Position numbers and translations under genes: made by a program. Below, one piece after another: positions 49,504-57,192 of a stretch of 64,000 nt of DNA. Numbering within the stretch: the stretch's first letter is position 1; the number at the start of each line of letters is the position of its first letter. The notes below the pieces were generated by a model. That model was not told the DNA's origin. It saw only the letters and a list, made by a program, of their open reading frames with translations, and made no database searches. Source of the DNA: Oscillospiraceae bacterium (GTDB lineage: Bacteria > Bacillota > Clostridia > Oscillospirales > UBA929). Location: positions 6,793-70,792 of the forward strand of contig JAIRUE010000039.1 of NCBI GenBank assembly GCA_031254575.1, written 5' to 3'.

Positions 49504-52500
49504 ATGAAGACTTTCGCAGAAAGGCGGATGAATAATATGAAAAAATATATGAAGGGCGTATTATCTCTTGTGGTGGCGTGCTGTATGATCCTTTCCAACA
49601 CCGCTCTGGCCGCTCTGAACGACTTGCTTGACGACGGAGCCGCCGCCGCGAGCGCGGATTGGACCGACCCGGCAAAACTTGGCGACTATATCCTCGGCGT
49701 CACCGTGCCGGACACGCTGGACCTCGCCGAGCGCGGAGCGCTGGCCGTTCAGGGGCTGACGGCAAAAGCGGCCCAGCCCGGCGGCGTTACCGGCGATGAT
49801 CTCGCAAACGTCCTGGACGCCATCGTCAAGGGGCGCAATATGTCGGGCAGTAATGTGAATTTAGCCGGCGACACAGCCATTATAACAGCCTTGACCGGCT
49901 ATCTGAAAGCATCGCCGAACACCAAAGCATTGAGCGAGGGGATGCTGGCTTTGCAGGGCCTGTATAACCTCTATCCCACAAGCGCCGTGGAGGCGATCCT
50001 TAACGGGATAAACGACGCGTTGCTCACCGGGAGCGTCAATACCGCCGGAAACGCTAGCTATACCGCGCGCGGTTTCCAAGGTTACAGCGAAGCTGTTTCC
50101 GTCAACGGGGCCGCGCTGCGGGCGGTCAGCTCGTGGGCGGGCTTTGACGGCGCCGCGGGCTTGAAAACCGCAAATGTGACAAAATACAGAAACGCGATTC
50201 TGACGAAAGCATATTGGGAGGCGGAAGCAAGGCCCAGAGTGGTGGTCGACGCGGAATTGGCGCGATTCAACGGCAACATGGGCGCCTACGCTTCCGCACT
50301 GCTGGGGCTGCTCACTTACGCGGAATACTCCGGCGACACGAGTCTGTTAAATTACGTGCAATCAGGCTATAAGTTCATCCGTGAATACGGCCTCAAATCC
50401 ATCGGTCTGTTCGGCGAAATTTGCGTGACCGCGGAAATGACCCGGCTTGCGCTTAAGCTGAGCCTGATGGGAGTGGGCGACTACTGGGACGACGCGGAGC
50501 GATATATCCGCAACGAACTGGCCGAAAAGCAGGTCACTAGCGGATCCGATACCGGTCTGTTTTACTCCGCCTCCGGCTGGCCCACGCATCTCACGGCGCA
50601 GAACGATGAAGTCGGCATACGCTGTTCGGCGGCGGCCGCACAGGCCATGTACGACGCGTGGGAATCAATCGTCACCGGCGACAAGGACATGGCGCAGGTC
50701 AACCTGCTCCTGAACAGGTCTTCCTGTCTGCTGGACGTACACAGCTACCTGCCTTATACCGGCAGAGTCGAGTTGGCTGTCAAAGACGCCAAAGCCGTCT
50801 CCGTCCGCCTGCCCCTGTGGGTGGACTGGAAAACAGTCAGCGTGGCGGGCGCGGGCTATGGCAGGGTAGGGCATTATCTCATACTGACCAATCTGTCTCC
50901 CGGCGCCAATATAAGCATTACCTTTGACCTGGCGGAGCGGACCGAACCGCAGATACTAAAGTGGAAGGAAAGCGATCCGTTTTACAACAGCACGCTCCCG
51001 GGCGCTTCCTGGATACCCGCGGATCCTAAAAATAAGTTTGACTTCACATTCAAAGGCTACACATTAGTCGAAATCCGGCAGACCGCCGGCGTAACCGCGA
51101 CCCCCACAAACATCCTCTTGTATCAGGGGAGGGGCGGCTCGCTTCCCTCGCCGAAGACGGTAGACCGCTACATCCCTTATCACACGGTGAGTGAAAGACC
51201 TGTCAAGGACGATTACCCCGGGGCTCCGCTGACGGTCAGCGACGTCGTTCCCGCCGGTCAAACCACCGCAGGCAAGACGCTGGCTTTGCCCGCGCTGCCC
51301 GACGGGGCGACATACCCCGCAAGCGGCACGGTTGGCGGCACGGGATTGATTGCATCTCACAGCATAGCGGGCACAACGCTGACATACGGCACGACCAGCC
51401 AAAGCGACGGTACGACTGACACCCTCACCATAACTGTTTCCAACGCGACACACTATAAACCTTACGATGTGGTCGTGACCGTCACCGCGGTACCTTTGGA
51501 GCCGCAAACCATCACGTTCGGGACGACGCCTGCGGCGGCGACCTACGGCGATGTCTTCACACATACGGCGGCGCTTCAAGGCGCGGGCGGTACGGGCGCG
51601 ATCACTTACGCGGTCACAAGCGGCCCGGCGGCGGTAGACGTCAATACCGGCGAAGTGACCGTCACCGGCGTCGGCCTCGTCACGATCACAGCGACAAAGG
51701 CGTCGGACGCCACCTATGCCGAAACGACAGCCGTCTACAGCTTCATGGCCGGCTCCAAAACGCTGACCGTCACCGGGCTGACGGCGGCAGACCGCCCCTA
51801 TGACGGAACGACAGCGGTTGGAGTGACGGGCGGCGCGCTTGACGGCGTGGTATCGCTTCTTGATGACGTGGATTATACGCCCGCTATCAGCGGCGGCGAC
51901 ATAGCCGACGCAAACGCCGGGAACAACAAGTCCGTAACCGTCGCCGCGATCTCGCTGACCGGCGCGGACGCGGGCAAATACACGCTGACGCAGCCGACGG
52001 GCATAACGGTGAATATTACGCCGAAGGACATCGTCATCGACACCGTCGCCGCGCCGACAAAGGATTGGGACGGCACGGCCGCGGCGTCGGCGGGCGCGGT
52101 CACGTTCAGCGGAGAGATCACGGGGCAGGCGCTGACGGCGGGTACGGATTATACCGTCAGCGTGGTCTTCACGGACGGCAGCTATGACGCGGGAACCGGC
52201 AACAGGCTCTACACCTACACGGTGACAATGCTGAACACCACCAAAGCCAACAACTACAACTTAACACCCCACACGAAGACAGGCACGGACGGGACAATCA
52301 ATAAGATTTCCTATCCCGGGGCTCCGCTGGCGGTCAGCGACAGTGTCAGGGCCGACGAAGCGGCAGCGGGCAAAACCGTGGTCTTACCCGGGCTTCCGGC
52401 AGGGGCGGGTTACACGACTGTCGCGGTGGGCGGTTCCTCGGGGTTGATAGACGGTACGCCTACGGTGTCCGGCACAACGCTGACATACAGCACGACCAGC

Positions 52501-54300
52501 CAAAGCGACGGCACGACGGACACCATTACCATAGGCGTCACCGGCGCGACAAACTATGACGATTATTCCGTGGTCGTGACCGTCACCGCGCAGACTGTTC
52601 AGCAAGAGGACGTTCCTGCCGCGACAATTGACTATATGAATGAACAGCTCACCGGGCTCACCGCGAACGCGGCCTATACGGTAAACGGAACGGCGAAAAG
52701 CGCCAATGCAAGCGGCAAAATTCTTATTGACGCGGCATGGCTGGGACAGGGCGTCAGCATTGTCAAAACAGGCGTGGCCGCCGCAGGCACGGCTGACAGC
52801 GATCCGCAATATTTCACAATCCCGGCGCGTCCAAACGCGCCGGCACCCGGTAAGACCGACACGGCGGGCGGCGGCAATAACGGCTCAATTACCGGCGTTG
52901 ACGGCACGATGGAATACAGATCAGGCTCCAGCGCCTGGACGGCTATCGCCGGCACATCGGTGACGGGGTTGGCGGCGGGGACTTACAGCGTGCGTGTAAA
53001 AGCCACGGCAACCGCATTTGCCGGTGTGTCCGCAAGTGTGTCAATCGCTCCCAGCAGCGGCGATAGCGGTTACACACCGCCCCCGCAGGGCGGCGGCACG
53101 CCGCCCGTGACCAATCTCCCCACCGTCCCTGTCAACGGCGGCGCGGTGCAGGTGAACTATGCGCAATCGGGCGGAACCGTGACGCTTACCCTGACCGACA
53201 GTAAGGTAGAGGAGATCATCGAAAAAGCCAAAGACGGCGAAGCGGTCCTCGACCTCACCGGCGTGAAGGGCGCGGAGACCGCCGTCCTCGACGTCAACGC
53301 GGCCAAAGTCTTCAGCGAAGCGGAGGTCGCGGTTACGGTGAAACTCCCCGGCGCGGACGTTACCCTCGTCCCCAAAACCCTGGCCAAACTAGCCGCCACG
53401 ACGGACAATGGCAAAACGCCGGTCACGGTGGAGGCGAATACCGTGCCGGTGACAGACCTCAACAGGATGCAGGCGGCGCAGGTCAGGGGATACGAACCGG
53501 TCGTCAACGTGGATGTGTATGTGGGCAGCAAAAAGATCGACGTCCCCATCACGACCAGCCTGCCCTACAAACTCAAGACAGTCGAGAACCCCAAAGCCGT
53601 CTGCGTATGGTACCTGAACGATATGGGCAACATCAAGAAACTGTACGGCGCGTATGACGAAAAGACGGAGATGATCACATTCACGGTGGACCACCAGGGC
53701 TACTTCGTGGTTGGGTACGACCCGGTGGCGCTGTGGGAGAACAGGTTCACAGACGTCAGCGAAGATCACCCGTTCTATGACGCGATCGCCTACGCCAGCT
53801 ATTACAGCGGCAAACTGTTTGCCGGCACCAGCGACACCACCTTTGACCCCGACGGGGTCATGACGCGCGGCGACTTCATGACGGTGCTGTATAAGCTGGC
53901 GGGGCGTCCCGCGTACAGTGAGGGCTACCGGAACTTCGGCGACGTGAAAGCGGGCGACTATTACTACGACGCGATCCTGTGGGGGGCGAACACCGGCATT
54001 GTGGCCGGCAAGGGCGGGGACAGGTTTGCCCCGTCTGACGCGCTGTCCCGGCAGGAAATGGCGGTGATCCTCTATAAGTACGCGGCGAAGGTGGCGGGCT
54101 ACGTCATTCCCGAATACCGCGGGGCGCAGACATTTGATAAAGTGGACGGCTGGGCGGCAACGCAGACCGGGGCGCTTGGCAAAGCCGGGATGCTGACGAG
54201 CGGCGGGTCCGACCTGACGGAGTCCGCCTCCCGCGCCGAGATCGCGCGGGTGTTTATGGACTTTATTCGGTTTGTCGTCGCTTCAACCTCTGACCGTTGA
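49504..54300 (+). CDS. Giant secreted protein 2 (about 1598 aa): signal peptide, GH127-like core, Ig-like and MBG(YDG)-like repeats, three SLH domains
   Basis: GGAGGA lies 7 nt before the ATG at 49504. Signal peptide ..VVACCMILSNTALAA. The core is paralogous to protein 1 (GDYWDDAERYIRNE). Repeats with PYDGTTAV / KDWDGTAAA. C-terminal SLH triplet from 53746 (FTDVSEDHPFYDAI.., FGDVKAGDYYYDAI.., FDKVDGWAATQ..). Confidence 0.8.
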   Translation: MKTFAERRMNNMKKYMKGVLSLVVACCMILSNTALAALNDLLDDGAAAASADWTDPAKLGDYILGVTVPDTLDLAERGALAVQGLTAKAAQPGGVTGDDLANVLDAIVKGRNMSGSNVNLAGDTAIITALTGYLKASPNTKALSEGMLALQGLYNLYPTSAVEAILNGINDALLTGSVNTAGNASYTARGFQGYSEAVSVNGAALRAVSSWAGFDGAAGLKTANVTKYRNAILTKAYWEAEARPRVVVDAELARFNGNMGAYASALLGLLTYAEYSGDTSLLNYVQSGYKFIREYGLKSIGLFGEICVTAEMTRLALKLSLMGVGDYWDDAERYIRNELAEKQVTSGSDTGLFYSASGWPTHLTAQNDEVGIRCSAAAAQAMYDAWESIVTGDKDMAQVNLLLNRSSCLLDVHSYLPYTGRVELAVKDAKAVSVRLPLWVDWKTVSVAGAGYGRVGHYLILTNLSPGANISITFDLAERTEPQILKWKESDPFYNSTLPGASWIPADPKNKFDFTFKGYTLVEIRQTAGVTATPTNILLYQGRGGSLPSPKTVDRYIPYHTVSERPVKDDYPGAPLTVSDVVPAGQTTAGKTLALPALPDGATYPASGTVGGTGLIASHSIAGTTLTYGTTSQSDGTTDTLTITVSNATHYKPYDVVVTVTAVPLEPQTITFGTTPAAATYGDVFTHTAALQGAGGTGAITYAVTSGPAAVDVNTGEVTVTGVGLVTITATKASDATYAETTAVYSFMAGSKTLTVTGLTAADRPYDGTTAVGVTGGALDGVVSLLDDVDYTPAISGGDIADANAGNNKSVTVAAISLTGADAGKYTLTQPTGITVNITPKDIVIDTVAAPTKDWDGTAAASAGAVTFSGEITGQALTAGTDYTVSVVFTDGSYDAGTGNRLYTYTVTMLNTTKANNYNLTPHTKTGTDGTINKISYPGAPLAVSDSVRADEAAAGKTVVLPGLPAGAGYTTVAVGGSSGLIDGTPTVSGTTLTYSTTSQSDGTTDTITIGVTGATNYDDYSVVVTVTAQTVQQEDVPAATIDYMNEQLTGLTANAAYTVNGTAKSANASGKILIDAAWLGQGVSIVKTGVAAAGTADSDPQYFTIPARPNAPAPGKTDTAGGGNNGSITGVDGTMEYRSGSSAWTAIAGTSVTGLAAGTYSVRVKATATAFAGVSASVSIAPSSGDSGYTPPPQGGGTPPVTNLPTVPVNGGAVQVNYAQSGGTVTLTLTDSKVEEIIEKAKDGEAVLDLTGVKGAETAVLDVNAAKVFSEAEVAVTVKLPGADVTLVPKTLAKLAATTDNGKTPVTVEANTVPVTDLNRMQAAQVRGYEPVVNVDVYVGSKKIDVPITTSLPYKLKTVENPKAVCVWYLNDMGNIKKLYGAYDEKTEMITFTVDHQGYFVVGYDPVALWENRFTDVSEDHPFYDAIAYASYYSGKLFAGTSDTTFDPDGVMTRGDFMTVLYKLAGRPAYSEGYRNFGDVKAGDYYYDAILWGANTGIVAGKGGDRFAPSDALSRQEMAVILYKYAAKVAGYVIPEYRGAQTFDKVDGWAATQTGALGKAGMLTSGGSDLTESASRAEIARVFMDFIRFVVASTSDR
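51211..51490 (+). repeat. Intragenic repeat copy A (about 93-aa module)
   Basis: DDYPGAPLTVSD...GTTLTYGTTSQSDGTTDTLTITV...YDVVVTVTA. Long DNA identities with copy B, for example CCCGGGGCTCCGCTG(A/G)CGGTCAGCGAC and ACGACCAGCCAAAGCGACGG. Confidence 0.8.
52309..52590 (+). repeat. Intragenic repeat copy B (about 93-aa module)
   Basis: SYPGAPLAVSD...GTTLTYSTTSQSDGTTDTITIGV...YSVVVTVTA. See copy A. Confidence 0.8.
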
Positions 54301-54419
54301 GATTTCAGTGTTTTCAAGCCTTGCCCGAATAACTTTTTACCTCTTTGGTCTTTAGTTGGTCATTGTTTTTTACTGGTGGTTAGTGGCAGTTACCGCTAAC
54401 CACCGTAAACTATTGCAGG

Positions 54420-54686
54420 TCAATGGCACTTGCTATCGCTTCCATAGTACGCGCCTGTGCGCTCTTGAAAGCGTGTGAGTATATGTAATGACAAAAATTT
54501 TGCCCCTAAAAAGGAATTAGCAAGAGGTGATTTGATTTCGTATTTTTCCGTAGGCCGGATGTAATACGCCGCGAGCTGTTTACTTGAAGTCATATATACA
54601 AGCGGCTGTTTCAGGTTCGACCACGGTTTTACGAATGGCTGCAACTTCGTCAGGCCACCAACGGAACTCCCATGATAAAAGGTCAT
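54420..54686 (-). CDS. Hypothetical protein (N-terminal MTFYHGS.. motif), possibly truncated
   Basis: 88-aa ORF with an ATGA overlap to the upstream ORF. The tail looks non-native (..FLSLHILTRFQERTGAYYGSDSKCH). Confidence 0.35.
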   Translation of the reverse strand: MTFYHGSSVGGLTKLQPFVKPWSNLKQPLVYMTSSKQLAAYYIRPTEKYEIKSPLANSFLGAKFLSLHILTRFQERTGAYYGSDSKCH

Positions 54687-55277
54687 AACCCACGCTCCTT
54701 TTCAGTCCGCGATAAATCGTTGTTAAGCATGTTCTGATGGATTCTTTCCATCCAGTATGTCGAGAGTATTTCACCGTACAGCTTTGATTTTTTATTTTCC
54801 CCGACATTCATATGCCCTCCGAATATTACATAGCTATCGGGTTTTTCTGTAATCAGGTGTGGCGGGAAATTATATCGTCCCCTCTCGTTTTTATACTGGT
54901 CAAGATACCGAAGCGCAAGAGAGCACCTTTTCATAATCGCGGAAATGATAAATCCTTCCGAAACCAGACTCGTCAGGTGGGGTTAATTGAATGTGTTGAT
55001 TCAGAAACCGCAGAATAAATTCCATTTTTTCAGCAAAAGCGGAAATCTCGTTCGACAATCCTAAAATCCAGCATTTCCCCAAAATGTTTTCCATACGGTA
55101 ATCATGGCTCCCGTGGATGTCGCCAATATTATCCGTCTGCGAACGCTCCGCAAGGCGCGACAGCCAAACCGACACCTCACCATTTTGAAGCAAGGATTCT
55201 GGAGCTTCAGTGGGTTTTTCGAGAATGTAGCTTATAGTCACGTCGGCGTTTTCAAGTAGCCATTGACGATTCGTCAA
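54683..55277 (-). pseudogene. Hypothetical gene split by a frameshift (ORFs 54900-55277 and 54683-54934)
   Basis: Two same-strand ORFs in different frames overlap by 35 nt. Both have protein-like composition. The first overlaps the MBL gene stop by 4 nt. Confidence 0.45.
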
Positions 55278-56119
55278 ACTTCCACCACCATTCCGTCATA
55301 AGCGAACTTCACGCCGTACTGATCTTCCAGCGTAATATAATCATCATACGATTTGCCCCAATCTTCCTCAATGTGGGTGACGATTATATCGTTTACAAAC
55401 AGTTTGCGTTTGATTTCCAAAACATCTTCTATACTGTGCAATTCCTGACGCAACGGATGGTCAGCGCCAATAGATCTGTCGTTTTTCAGCGTATCGCCAA
55501 CAAACGTATTGCCGATAATGAGCAAGTCGGCATTTTGCAATGATTCTTCCATCGGAAACGGCTTACAGTCGCAAGGAGCGTAGATAACCTTGCGTCCGTC
55601 GTTTTCAAACATAAATACTGAAACGGATTTGCTTTTACCGACCGGCACAGCAGATATTTGTATGTTTCCAATATTAAACGGTTCGGTTATCAGCCTTCGG
55701 TTAGCCAACCCCATTTTCACATAATAATCAAGAATAGCGCCGTAACCAATACCTATTCCGTTTAGCGTTTCCATAACTTCCGGTGTGGCGCATACTTCGA
55801 CAGGGGAACGCGGCGGGATTTTTTCATAGTAGTCAATCCATTCCAGCCGCAACTGTTCAAAAATACGCATACCCAACGTGTGGTCAGGGTCGCGGTGCGT
55901 GTACAGAATGTACTCCACCGTGCGAATATCGGAGGCATTTAGTGCGTGTGCAATATCTTCCGGGGTATCGACGAGCAAAGACACATCTTCGAGATAAAGG
56001 GAGCAGCCGTATCTTTTGTACCGTCCGCCTTTTTTTCTTGCTTCAACACAAATCCTGCACTGGCACAACGGCTTTGGCAAACAAACACAGCCGCCCGAAC
56101 CGATTATAATGAACTTCAT
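55274..56119 (-). CDS. MBL-fold metallo-hydrolase (PhnP-like, Cys-rich N-terminus)
   Basis: IIIGSGG, CQCRIC, and metal motif YTHRDPDHTLG (HxHxDH type). Confidence 0.8.
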   Translation of the reverse strand: MKFIIIGSGGCVCLPKPLCQCRICVEARKKGGRYKRYGCSLYLEDVSLLVDTPEDIAHALNASDIRTVEYILYTHRDPDHTLGMRIFEQLRLEWIDYYEKIPPRSPVEVCATPEVMETLNGIGIGYGAILDYYVKMGLANRRLITEPFNIGNIQISAVPVGKSKSVSVFMFENDGRKVIYAPCDCKPFPMEESLQNADLLIIGNTFVGDTLKNDRSIGADHPLRQELHSIEDVLEIKRKLFVNDIIVTHIEEDWGKSYDDYITLEDQYGVKFAYDGMVVEV

Positions 56120-56120
56120 T

Positions 56121-56411
56121 TTACAAATCCTTTCTCATTCTGATTCTACCGTTTTCCTTGCCGTATTTACTGTTCATTATCTTACCGTCTGTATAAAAAC
56201 CGTATTTTTCATAAAATCTTATCGAATTGACATTTTCGTCTAACACCCACACGATCATACTCGTTTTCCCAATACTGCGAGCTTTTTCACAAGTAAACTC
56301 CATTGCCTTTGTCCCGATACCCATTCGGAAATAGTCGGGATGCAGATAAATATAATGCAATTCATAGAAGTCATCACCCACGTCATCGTCCTGCGGGGGC
56401 GCAATTTTCAT
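56121..56411 (-). pseudogene. GNAT N-acetyltransferase lacking its N-terminal third
   Basis: Acetyl-CoA motif region IYLHPDYFRMGIGTKAMEF..VLDENVNSIRFYEKYGF is present. The frame stays open upstream to a TAA without a start (..DIPDEKRLRFYNTNSYVIQYAGKTIGI-MKI..). At 96 aa it is too short for a GNAT. Confidence 0.6.
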
Positions 56412-56569
56412 TATCCCAATGGTTTTTCCGGCATACTGTATGACATAGGAGTTTGTGTTATAGAACCGTAACCGTTTTTCGTCAGGAATATCGGGTCTCC
56501 CCCGCTGACGGCAACCTCGATTTCCGAAAACTTATTGCGGAGGTCTGATACAGGTCGTATCTGCAACAC
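56411..56569 (-). pseudogene. Phd/YefM-type antitoxin N-terminal fragment (52 codons) running into the truncated GNAT
   Basis: My own translation is (V/M)LQIRPVSDLRNKFSEIEVAVSGGDPIFLTKNGYGS-ITQTPMSYSMPEKPLG*. The first about 36 aa match the Phd/YefM N-terminal pattern. AAGGAG lies 10 nt upstream, with TTGACA-17-TAATAA further upstream (56621-56593). Confidence 0.5.
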
Positions 56570-56646
56570 GCCTTAACAACTCCTTTATAATTTTATTATC
56601 ATAATATTACCTCAATGTCAAATGGGAGGGCATAAATGAAGGGACC

Positions 56647-57130
56647 ATGCAATCGAGCAGGAACGGGCGGTATGCCGAGTTCTACAAACTGAACGGGAGG
56701 GTCAACTACATAGAAGCCGTTATCCTCAGCGAGTACGCGCTAAAAGAGAATCATCCCGTATATCCGGACGCGCTGGATGAGCTTCGCAGCGCGGACCCTG
56801 CTGTTCGTATCCTCTTCATCATGGAAAAACCGGAGATCGAGGAAAAGCCCGGCCTTGAACTATTCCAATCTGCCCGGTATCGGCTTCTGCGACGTACATA
56901 TCTGCATCGAATCGGAAGAGCCGTGGCACAGGATAAAGACAGTGCATTTTCTCTCAAACACACCCGCTATCCGTATCTTTCCCCATGAAGCGGACGCCAT
57001 CTTCGGCCTGTACGCCCTGACCGACATCCCCAAAGACGATTACATCCTCCCCGCCTCAACAAGCGAGAAGGTCCAGCGTCGTCTGTGTATTTGTCCATAT
57101 GGGTTTATGCGTATCAGTGTGGTTGCTTGA
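56647..57130 (+). pseudogene. Hypothetical gene with a probable +1 frameshift (ORFs 56647-56988 and 56777-57130)
   Basis: The first ORF turns Arg-rich and implausible after ..PGLELFQS. The second frame reads protein-like from ..NLPGIGFCDVHICIESEEPWHRIKTVHF.. to its stop. Confidence 0.4.
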
Positions 57131-57192
57131 CAAAATTGCGATTTTAATATTATTATAGCCTTAACGCCTTAACATCGACGGAAAGGTTTTGA

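Larger units (their letters stand above)
54301..57150. other. Low-GC decayed accessory islet
   Basis: GC drops abruptly after the giant gene. The islet contains two apparent frameshifts, a truncated GNAT and an antitoxin fragment. Confidence 0.5.
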
